The position numbers and the translations under genes are program-made. Positions 49,290-57,637 of a DNA stretch of 64,000 nt are shown here, in pieces (position 1 is the first letter of the stretch; each line of letters begins with the position of its first letter). The stretch covers positions 3,841-67,840 of the forward strand of contig DATJVZ010000319.1 of NCBI GenBank assembly GCA_035501575.1, given 5' to 3'. Origin of the DNA: Terriglobales bacterium (GTDB taxonomy: Bacteria > Acidobacteriota > Terriglobia > Terriglobales > Acidobacteriaceae). The notes below the pieces were generated by a model. That model searched no databases. It saw only the letters and a program-made list of their open reading frames with translations, and had not been told where the DNA came from.

Positions 49290-49568
49290 ATGGCGCATAC
49301 CATCAAGCAAAAACAGGCCCTCCTTCTTAGAGCCAAGCGAATTCAGGGGCAAGTGGAAGCACTGGTCCGGGCTCTCGATGAAGAGCGTGACTGCTCCGAT
49401 GTTCTCCAACTTATGAGCGCGGCGCGTGGGGCTATGAACAGCCTGATGGCGGAGTTGCTCGAAGGACACATCAGGAGTCATGTCCTTGACGGGAAAAACA
49501 AACCCACGTCAGAGCAACTAGCTGCCGCTGATGAAGTAATCGAAATGGTAAAGTCTTACTTGAAGTAA
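49290..49568 (+). CDS. rcnR: RcnR/CsoR-family metal-sensing repressor, RcnR-like H-C-H-H fingerprint
   Basis: MAHTIKQKQ...RIQGQVEAL...DCSDVLQ...EGHIRSHV. Counting from ATG 49290 gives His3, Cys35, His60 and His64, the E. coli RcnR ligand positions. Confidence 0.8.
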   Translation: MAHTIKQKQALLLRAKRIQGQVEALVRALDEERDCSDVLQLMSAARGAMNSLMAELLEGHIRSHVLDGKNKPTSEQLAAADEVIEMVKSYLK

Positions 49569-49596
49569 TCCGCTCCCCACAAAACAGGAGCGATCA

Positions 49597-51547
49597 ATGA
49601 GCGCACCGAATCTAGCCCAAGACCTGCGCAACGCACCTCAGTTTCCAGACGAAGGAAATCCGTGTACCGGAGACGCGCCCGAATCCGCCTCCGAGCAGGC
49701 GGACCATGACCATGGGCTGGATTGGATTGAGTTGGCGCGTATCGGACTTGTCGCTTTAGCGGCGGCTGCTGTGTGGTTTCGGGTCTGGGAGCCATTTCCC
49801 CGGTTCAGCATCATCGGCATAGCGGCGGCTTTGCTCGGGGGCTATCCGATCTTCAAAGAAGCCTGGGAGAACATTGTCGAACGAAAAATGACGATGGAGC
49901 TCTCCATGACCATTGCCCTGTTGGCGGCCTTGGCCATCGGGGAATTCTTCACAGCTCTGGTTATCATCGCCTTCGTGCTGGCTGCCGAGGTGCTGGAGAG
50001 TCTCACGGTTGGAAGGGGCCGACGGGCTATTCGAGACTTGCTTGATTTCCTGCCTCGGACAATCACTGTCCGCCGTGATGGTCAGATTATCGAGATGCCT
50101 GCAGAGCAAGTCGAAGTTGGGGATTCCGTAGTAGTAAAGCCAGGTGGGCACATTCCGGTCGATGGCCTGGTGTTGAGCGGGCGCTCATTCGTCGAGCAAG
50201 CTGCAATCACAGGCGAAGCGATGCCTGTAGAGAAGCTTCCCGGACACGTTGTCTATGCCGGAACGATCAACCAGTCTGGCACACTGGAGATCGACGCCCA
50301 GAAGCTGGGCCGTGATACCAGCTTTGGACGAATCGTGGAAGCGGTAGAGCGTGCGGAAAAATCGCGCGCTCCGATTCAAAAGACCGCGGATCGCCTTGCT
50401 GGCTACCTTGTCTATTTCGCCATTGGCGCCGCCATCCTGACCTTTCTTATCACTCGCAATGTACGTTCCACCATCTCAGTAGTAATTGTCGCCGGTGCCT
50501 GCGGGATCGCCGCGGGAACACCGCTGGCCATCCTGGGAGCGATCGGGCGGGCGGCTCGTCAGGGCGCAATCATTAAAAGGCGGCCTCTACCTCGAAGCGC
50601 TGGCGGCTGTCGATACGGTGCTGTTAGACAAGACTGGCACTCTTACCTTTGGAACACCCCAGATTCACGAGGTGATCTCAAACCAAGGTTTTGCCATGGA
50701 GGAAATCATTGCGGCGGCCAGCATCGCCGAGCACCGGTCCGAGCACCCACTCGCCAAAGCCATCGTGGCGAAGGCGACCGAACTCGGCGTGCCTACCGCT
50801 GAACCCGACTCGTTCTCCTACACGCCCGGTAGAGGCATTCGGGTCACATATCGGGGCGATGAGATTCTTGTCGGCAGCCGGGCATTCCTGGTTGATCGGG
50901 GAATTGGCGACAGCCCGCCGGTCGACGGTCATAGTCGGGGTGGTGCCTCCGAGGTCTTCGTGGCTCGTGACGGGAAAGTGTTGGGCAGTATTTCGATCGC
51001 GGACGTACTGCGTCCGGAGGCGAAGGCGGCAGTCGCGGAGTTGCGAGAGAGGGGATTGAGAACGATTCTTTTAAGCGGAGACACCCAAGGCGTCACAAAT
51101 GCGGTCGGGCATGACCTCGGGGTGGACGATGCAATTGGGGAACTCTTGCCGGAGCAGAAAGCAAAATGGACGCGCGAACTGCGGGAAAAGAATCGCCACG
51201 TCGCCATGGTTGGCGACGGGATCAATGACGCGCCTGCCCTGGTCGAAGCAAATGTCGGAATCGCGATGGGTTCTGGCACGGACGTTGCAAGAGAAAGCGC
51301 AGATATCATTCTTATTGGAAGCAACCTTTCGAAATTCGTCGACATCTTGCGTATTGCGCGCCGTTGTCGCGCCATCATCAGGCAGAATTTCGTCGGCACA
51401 CTTGTGGTGGACACCATCGGTGTTGGTATGGCGGCCTTTGGCTTCTTGAATCCGCTGCTAGCAGCCTTCATTCACGTCACGTCGGAATTGGCTTTTATTC
51501 TGAATTCCACGAGGTTGTTGCCCCGGACTTCGTCGGGGAGAGAGTGA
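49597..51547 (+). pseudogene. P1B-like heavy-metal P-type ATPase split by a +1 frameshift at A-run 50575-50578
   Basis: ORF 49597-50802 carries 4 TM + actuator domain + TM3/4. ORF 50486-51547 carries DKTGTLT, SEHPLA and GDGINDAP. Removing one A restores ...RQGAIIKGGLYLEALAAVDTVLLDKTGT. Confidence 0.85.
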
Positions 51548-51776
51548 CTCTTGGTTTTGTGCAGGCCATCAACACAGAAGGCGGATGTGCAATTCCTTGG
51601 TTTCGTCCACGGTCGGCTACGGGGCTGGCGATCTTTTGCATTAGCATTACCGTCTTATGGTCGCTTCCTGCCCACGGAGCCGGCCGTGCTTCGAGATGTG
51701 GAAGCAGTTACCTAAGCTTGCGGCCGGCGGCAATTTCAGTGTAGATTCGACTCACTGGTTTGGTAGGCTAAGAATC

Positions 51777-52049
51777 ATGCGGTCAGTCCTAAAGCAGATC
51801 GCGTGGGTGGGTTTGCTGCTGACCCTGTTGTCGGCATTTGGTTTTGCTGCGCACCAGCATTCCAGTTTCGGCGACGAGGCTCAGTGTACGATTTGTGTCG
51901 CCGCGCATTCTGCTTCCCCTGTTGCCGCGTCCAATCTGCCGCGTGTCGTTCTTTTTCTCAATCTGCTCATCGTTCTAGCGAGGCCGGCTTCCGCGAAACA
52001 GCGCCTCGTGCCTTTTGCCCTCACCGTTCGACCACCTCCCGCTGCCTAG
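51777..52049 (+). CDS. small exported Cys/His protein (DUF2946-like by context only)
   Basis: MRSVLKQIAWVGLLLTLLSAFGFAAHQH signal or anchor, followed by a CTIC...H motif. Sits directly upstream of the TonB-dependent receptor. Confidence 0.45.
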   Translation: MRSVLKQIAWVGLLLTLLSAFGFAAHQHSSFGDEAQCTICVAAHSASPVAASNLPRVVLFLNLLIVLARPASAKQRLVPFALTVRPPPAA

Positions 52050-52117
52050 GTTCAAGAACAATTGCTGCTCGTGAGATGTGAGATTGTTCACCAACCATAT
52101 GTTCATTGGGAGGAATC

Positions 52118-54829
52118 ATGCTGGCTTCTTCGCAGAAGTCGCTCGTTGCGACTTTAATCGGAGTTCTCTTCTTTTTACTTGTGAATCTGTCAGGATATGG
52201 GCAATCGGGGGGAAGTTCGAGTTCCGTGACCGGGACGGTTGTCGATCCCTCCGGGGCCGTAGTTCCAAACGCCACCGTCGAAATTCGAAATCCGGTCAGT
52301 CAATTTGAGCGAACAACAACGACCGACGCATCGGGAAAATTCACCATCCCTAATGTCCCATTCAATCCGTACCACTTGACCGTCAGCAGCACGGGTTTCG
52401 ATCCGTACGCACAGGACATCGATGTGCGATCCGTCGTTCCGGTAAGTCTAAACCTAATCCTGAGGGTGAAGGGTTCCTCGGAGGTAATAACAGTCGAGGC
52501 AGCCGGCGACCTAGTAGAGAACGATCCGCACTTCCATACCGATGTGGACCGCGCTTTGTTTGAGAAGGTTCCCCTGGAGAGCCAGTCGTCCTCGGTCAGT
52601 TCGTTGGTGACTCTGGCGACGCCGGGAATTGCTGCTGATTCCAATGGCCTCTTCCATGGTCTGGGTGACCATGCCGAAAACTCCTTCTCCGTTGATGGTC
52701 AACCAATCACTGACCAGCAAAGCAAAGTGTTTTCCAATCAGATCCCTCTCGATTCGGTCGAGTCCATGGAAGTCTTTGCTGGGGCTCCTCCAGCCGAGTA
52801 CGGCGACAAGACCAGCGTTGTAATCAACGTGACAACCCGTTCCGGACAGGGGGTCACAACGCCGCACGGAGAAGTGACGGCGTCCTATGGCAGCTTTGGT
52901 ACCTCGAACGTCGGCTTCAACCTCGCTTATGGCAGGCAAAATTGGGGAAACTTCATCTCCGCGAACGCCTTGAACAGCGGTCGCTTTCTTGATCCGCCAG
53001 AGTTCACGGTCATGCATGACAAAGGAAACGAGGAAAACATCTTTGACCGGGTGGACTATCAACTGTCGAACGCCGACTCGGTTCATGTCAATTTCGGCTT
53101 CACACGCTCATGGTTCCAGACTCCCAACTCCTTCGACACACAGGACGCGACAGCGTGGAATGGAGTGGTCGTCGACAACGGCGGCCTTGGCCCCAACGGC
53201 CTTCCCGTTGGACCGGCCGATCAGCGATCGCAGATCAAGACCTTCAACATTGCTCCGTCCTGGACGAGACTGATCAACCCAACCACAGTTTTCACGCTGG
53301 GTGGATGGGTACGGCGCGACCAGTATAACTATTATCCGAGTGCCAATCCGTTTGCTGATTTTGCGCCAGACCTGCAGGCGCAGACCGTTGGCCAAGACCG
53401 GACATTGCTCAACTCGGGTCTTCGCTCAAGCCTCTCCTACGTTAAAGGAATTCACAACGTGAAAGTCGGAGCCAGCTATGAACAGACTTTCCTGGACGAG
53501 AACGATATGCTCGGCGTTGTCGATCCAACGTTTCTTGCTTCGCTAACGGATGCGAACGGCAATTCCTGTGTCGACGCAAATGGGAACCCGATCGCGCCGC
53601 CTTGTACGACCCTGGCGCCCTACGATTTGACACGGGGTGGTACGCTGTACGCTTTCTACGGGCATACCGATGTCAAAGAACTCGCCCTCTATGCAGAGGA
53701 CGCAATCACCAAAGGAAACTGGGCCTTCAGCCTAGGACTCCGCGGCGATTTCTACAATGGACTCACAACTCACAAAGAAGCCGAACCGCGAGTTGGCATC
53801 GCGTATAACATCAAGCCGAGCAATACGGTTCTCCGCGTCTCGTACGCGCGCGTACTGGAAACTCCGTTTAACGAGAACTTGGTCCTTTCCAATCAAGGAT
53901 GCGGCAACCCGGTGTTGAATCCCCTTCTGCTCTGCACCTCCCCGAGTATTACTCCCTTCACTCCAGGATGGCGCAATGAGTTCCACGCAGGCATTCAGCA
54001 GGCATTCGGAAAGTACCTGGTATTCTCGGGTGAGTACATCTGGAAGTACACTCACAACGCGTACGATTTCAGTGTGCTCGGCGCCACCCCGATCACCTTT
54101 CCGATTGAATGGGACCGCTCGAAAATTCCCGGATTCGCTGGGCGCGTAAGCGTTCCGAATCTTCACGGATTCTCCGCCCTGGTTGTATTTTCCAGCGTTG
54201 CGGCACGGTTCTTTACACCCCAGATTGGCGGCGCCGGCGCAGCCCCCTCGGCGCCGGCCGGAGTCTTCCGCATCGACCACGACGAACACTTCAATCAAAC
54301 CACCCACTTGCAATATCAGCCGTGGAAGAACGGCCCCTGGCTTGGCTTCAACTGGCGATTCGACAGCGGTTTGGTCGCTGGCCCCGTTCCTTGCGCCGGT
54401 GGCAACTGCGCCAATGGCCCGCTGGGAAGCGACACGGTCGTCGATGCTTCGATCATTAGTCCCGATCAGCAGTTTCAAGCAGGGCTTTTCTGTGGGTCGA
54501 TTCACGCAACGCCTACCACTCCGATACGCTCCAGTCTGGGCACGAGCATTTGTCCGGCCTCACAGTACGGCTCGACTTTGATACAGATTCCTGCGCCAGG
54601 CACCGAAAACGACGATCACAATCCGCCGCGAGTCGCCTCTCGCAACTTGTTTGATATCGCAGTGGGAGATGACAACCTCCTCCGCGGCGATAAATACCGC
54701 TGGAGCCTGCAGGTCACGGCGGTCAACATCACTAACCAACTTTCGCTCTATAACTTCCTCTCAACGTTCAGCGGAACGCATTATGTCACACCGCGAGCCC
54801 TAACCGCACAGCTGGGGTTTCACTTCTAA
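52118..54829 (+). CDS. TonB-dependent outer-membrane receptor with N-terminal carboxypeptidase-regulatory-like domain
   Basis: GGGAGG SD before ATG 52118, signal peptide, GTVVDPSGAVVPNATVEIRN...GKFTIPNVPFNPYHLTV, plug and barrel length, C-terminal ...QLGFHF. Confidence 0.85.
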   Translation: MLASSQKSLVATLIGVLFFLLVNLSGYGQSGGSSSSVTGTVVDPSGAVVPNATVEIRNPVSQFERTTTTDASGKFTIPNVPFNPYHLTVSSTGFDPYAQDIDVRSVVPVSLNLILRVKGSSEVITVEAAGDLVENDPHFHTDVDRALFEKVPLESQSSSVSSLVTLATPGIAADSNGLFHGLGDHAENSFSVDGQPITDQQSKVFSNQIPLDSVESMEVFAGAPPAEYGDKTSVVINVTTRSGQGVTTPHGEVTASYGSFGTSNVGFNLAYGRQNWGNFISANALNSGRFLDPPEFTVMHDKGNEENIFDRVDYQLSNADSVHVNFGFTRSWFQTPNSFDTQDATAWNGVVVDNGGLGPNGLPVGPADQRSQIKTFNIAPSWTRLINPTTVFTLGGWVRRDQYNYYPSANPFADFAPDLQAQTVGQDRTLLNSGLRSSLSYVKGIHNVKVGASYEQTFLDENDMLGVVDPTFLASLTDANGNSCVDANGNPIAPPCTTLAPYDLTRGGTLYAFYGHTDVKELALYAEDAITKGNWAFSLGLRGDFYNGLTTHKEAEPRVGIAYNIKPSNTVLRVSYARVLETPFNENLVLSNQGCGNPVLNPLLLCTSPSITPFTPGWRNEFHAGIQQAFGKYLVFSGEYIWKYTHNAYDFSVLGATPITFPIEWDRSKIPGFAGRVSVPNLHGFSALVVFSSVAARFFTPQIGGAGAAPSAPAGVFRIDHDEHFNQTTHLQYQPWKNGPWLGFNWRFDSGLVAGPVPCAGGNCANGPLGSDTVVDASIISPDQQFQAGLFCGSIHATPTTPIRSSLGTSICPASQYGSTLIQIPAPGTENDDHNPPRVASRNLFDIAVGDDNLLRGDKYRWSLQVTAVNITNQLSLYNFLSTFSGTHYVTPRALTAQLGFHF

Positions 54830-54841
54830 CCCCCGTCGCGC

Positions 54842-54874
54842 AAAAGAGGGCCTGCGAAAGCAGGCTCCTCTTTT
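54842..54874 (+). terminator. bidirectional-type rho-independent terminator
   Basis: AAAAGAGGGCCTGC-GAAA-GCAGGC(T)CCTCTTTT: a 14-bp stem with one bulge, a GAAA loop, and A/T tracts on both sides. Confidence 0.7.
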
Positions 54875-55242
54875 GAACGAACCACCCCGCGAACCGATAC
54901 AAGTCAACGCGGCGTAAACCACCACTAGTCTCTTAGGAGGGAGTACGATGAGGGCCACTCGCTCGCAAGGGGAAGAAAGAAGGCCACCGCAATCCCAGTA
55001 GGAAAACGACGTGCCGATCCGGGCGTGCGCCCGGCGGATGACATCTTCCTTGGTTGCAATCTCCATCAAAGCTCTGGACTCACACGCTGGCTTAGCCGGG
55101 GGCGGTAATAAGGCGGTGTGATTGCGGCGGCGAACTTGCTCTCATTTGTCGGCATCGGCGGGGCGGGGCGTTTCCCGCAGCTTAGTTTGCAAACCGTAAA
55201 GAGATCACGTGCTGGTGAAAAAGGGTCTGTACCGCCGCTGAC

Positions 55243-56277
55243 TCAAGTTGCTGATTTAGCTGTCGTTCCGCAGTCGAGTTCGGCAGAGCACGGTGGTGAC
55301 AAATTTATGGAATTGTCACCACCGGGCAGAAGATGATTGCCAGCAAACCAAGGGACGAGGGTCGGGTTGGCAAGGTGTTCGTCGCTGTGAGTGCGACCAT
55401 GCGCCGGTGCTCTATCTGCGACGGTGTCTTCACACGAAGAGGCGCTGCGGAACTCACTAATATGATCTGCTACCCCAAACCCACGGATCGCAGTCCATGA
55501 GGTTGGCTGGTGTGCGAACACCAAGCTGGCAACAAGGCGGAATGGAAGTACGATCCAGCGCGGGCTAGAACTTTTCTTTCTGCATGTGCGGGACGAGGAC
55601 ATCCGGCGTACCACGGGCAAAGCTGGAATCAACCATCTAAACAATGCCGTCGTCGTAGCCGCCCCAACCAACTGCGCGACGATAAAGCCCGGTACGTCAA
55701 CGGGTCGAATACCACTGAAAGTATCCGTCGCGGCTCTCGCAAGCGAAACAGCCGGACTAGCGAATGATGTAGATTCGGTGAACCAATACGCGGCTGTGAT
55801 ATATGCACCGACCGCAAAGGGCACAACGGACGAGCGCAACCGCGAACAGCCCCGGATCACCGAAAGCAGACCAAAAGTCGCTACGAACTCGCTGAAGACT
55901 TGCGATGCTCCGCTGCGGGCGTGGCGAGACGCTGAGAAGAGGGGCAGTCCGAACATCAGGTGAGCGCACGCAACGCCGACATAAGCCCCGGTGATCTGGG
56001 CTATCAGGTATCCCGGCACCTCACCCCACGGAATACCCTCCTGCGACGCGTCCGCCAGAGTCACCGCAGGATTGAAGTGCGCACCCGACACCGAGCCAAA
56101 CGTCAGGATGAGCGATACAAGCGCAGCACCCGTAGCAATCGTGTTAGCGAGCAATGCGATTGCAACGTTGCCGGCCGAAAGTCGTTCGCCCATGATTCCA
56201 GAGCCGACCACCGCAGCGAGCAGGAACGCTGTCCCGACAAGCTCCGCTGTCATCCGAGCCTTGAGGCTGAATCTCAT
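55243..56277 (-). CDS. MIP-family channel (ars-linked aquaglyceroporin-like); C-terminal tail is probably frameshift read-through, native stop predicted at 55565
   Basis: SGAHFNPAVTLA first NPA box and STSFASPAVSLAR second box. ATG 56277 overlaps the arsC stop (ATGA). After FRWLIPALP an alternative frame reads RGTPDVLVPHMQKEKF-stop. Confidence 0.75.
   Translation of the reverse strand: MRFSLKARMTAELVGTAFLLAAVVGSGIMGERLSAGNVAIALLANTIATGAALVSLILTFGSVSGAHFNPAVTLADASQEGIPWGEVPGYLIAQITGAYVGVACAHLMFGLPLFSASRHARSGASQVFSEFVATFGLLSVIRGCSRLRSSVVPFAVGAYITAAYWFTESTSFASPAVSLARAATDTFSGIRPVDVPGFIVAQLVGAATTTALFRWLIPALPVVRRMSSSRTCRKKSSSPRWIVLPFRLVASLVFAHQPTSWTAIRGFGVADHISEFRSASSCEDTVADRAPAHGRTHSDEHLANPTLVPWFAGNHLLPGGDNSINLSPPCSAELDCGTTAKSAT
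55291..55324. repeat. perfect 12-bp inverted repeat CGGTGGTGACAA-N10-TTGTCACCACCG
   Basis: Read directly from the sequence. No flanking U/T tract on either strand. Confidence 0.8.
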
Positions 56278-56765
56278 TGGCGACCGATGTTGTCGAGTTC
56301 CTTCTTCAGGGCAAGCCTGTCTATCGACGCATGAGGAAGGCAAAGAAAAAGGCTGATTCTACGATCCAGCAGAAAGAAGGCATCGCGGAAAGCCTTTTGT
56401 ACGTCTTCCTGTGACCCAGTGACGGCAGCAGGATCAGGAACGCCCCAATGGGCGGTCATAGGCTGTCCGGGCCACACTGGGCAAACCTCATTGGCGGCGT
56501 TATCGCAAACGGTAAAGACGAAATCAAGTTTGGGTGCGTCGGGTTTCGAAAATTCCTCCCAACTCTTGCTGCGATAGCCACTCGTTGGAAAGTGGGCGTC
56601 TTCAAGTTGCCGCAATGCCTCTTGGCGTACCCTTCCTGCCGGATGACTGCCAGCGCTGTAAGCGGTGAACTGCGGGTGTCCCTTGAAGTTCATGATCCCC
56701 TCAGCCATGATTGAACGCGCCGAGTTTCCCGTACAGAGGAACAACACGTTGTAATGGGGTTTCAT
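56274..56765 (-). CDS. arsC: arsenate reductase, LMW-PTP (thioredoxin-coupled) type
   Basis: VLFLCTGNSARSIMAEG P-loop and FTVCDNAANEVCPVWPG, a Cys10/82/89-type triad. Confidence 0.88.
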   Translation of the reverse strand: MKPHYNVLFLCTGNSARSIMAEGIMNFKGHPQFTAYSAGSHPAGRVRQEALRQLEDAHFPTSGYRSKSWEEFSKPDAPKLDFVFTVCDNAANEVCPVWPGQPMTAHWGVPDPAAVTGSQEDVQKAFRDAFFLLDRRISLFLCLPHASIDRLALKKELDNIGRQ

Positions 56766-56773
56766 CTTTGCCG

Positions 56774-57559
56774 TCAGTTGCAGCAAGTGGGTGAGCAGCA
56801 AGATTGTTCGGTCTTGGGTTTCACTGCTCTCACGCAGGCACTCAGGAATTTGCCGTCCAACTGTGGAGCCAAGGCATCTACGTCAATGTCGTGCCCTGAC
56901 AGAAAGTCCCGAGCGTCTTCTAAGCGGTAGATTCTGGTCGGCTCGATCTCGATCTGCTCGAATCCAGCGGACGCCAGCTTGGTACGGTACTCAGCCTCGT
57001 CCAGCGCTCCGGCAACACATCCAACCCACAGGAGCACGCTTTGGCGAATTTCTGGCGCGATTTCACCACGAGTGACGACATCCGAGACAGCAAAGCGTCC
57101 ACCGGGTTTGAGAACCCGAAGTGCCTCCCGCAGTACGCGATCCTTGTCCGCAGATAGATTGATGACGCAGTTGGAAATGATGACGTCCACGGAGTTATCG
57201 GGTAGGGGGATATTCTCAATCTCGCCTTTGAAGAATTCGACGTTCTCGACTCCTGCCTTTCTCTTGTTCTCGTTCGCAAGCGCCAGCATTTCGTCAGTCA
57301 TGTCGAGACCATAAGCCTTCCCGGTCGAACCTACGCGCCTCGCCGAGAGCAGCACGTCGAGCCGACCCCCGGAGCCGAGGTTAAGAACGATCTCGCCCGC
57401 GTTCAAGTTCGCTAATGCGGTCGGGTTTCCGCAGCCCAATGATGCGAGCATCGCTTCTTGAGGCAGTCCCGCCGCCTGCTCGCTGTCATACCGGTTCGAG
57501 GTGATCGGGTCCGGCACACCCTGTGCTTGCCGTCGATCCGCAGCAAGAACTGCCGCCAC
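56774..57559 (-). CDS. arsM: arsenite S-adenosylmethionine methyltransferase; the N-terminal about 35 codons lie in another frame (57486-57626)
   Basis: [31 protein letters not shown] motif, [16 protein letters not shown], and C-terminal CCSPTCC. Confidence 0.85.
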   Translation of the reverse strand: MAAVLAADRRQAQGVPDPITSNRYDSEQAAGLPQEAMLASLGCGNPTALANLNAGEIVLNLGSGGRLDVLLSARRVGSTGKAYGLDMTDEMLALANENKRKAGVENVEFFKGEIENIPLPDNSVDVIISNCVINLSADKDRVLREALRVLKPGGRFAVSDVVTRGEIAPEIRQSVLLWVGCVAGALDEAEYRTKLASAGFEQIEIEPTRIYRLEDARDFLSGHDIDVDALAPQLDGKFLSACVRAVKPKTEQSCCSPTCCN

Positions 57560-57637
57560 TCGTTACTCGTACTGCTGCCTCGCCGTATTTCTGCTTCACA
57601 ACGTTCTTGATGTCTGCACTGCTCATCGAAATATCCT

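Noticed and set aside
50572-50580. Programmed ribosomal frameshifting as the explanation for the ATPase split
   Set aside because: There is no slippery heptamer plus downstream structure of the known types. Three other genes show similar homopolymer lesions, which favours sequencing error or mutation.
54948-55001. 17-codon ORF preceded by a strong AGGAGG Shine-Dalgarno sequence
   Set aside because: The peptide MRATRSQGEERRPPQSQ has no features, and nothing downstream on that strand could be regulated by it. It is likely a chance SD.
55409-55510. 33-codon plus-strand ORF MRRCSICDGVFTRRGAAELTNMICYPKPTDRSP with a CxxC motif
   Set aside because: There is no SD and only one CxxC pair. It lies in the probable read-through tail region. 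The evidence is insufficient.
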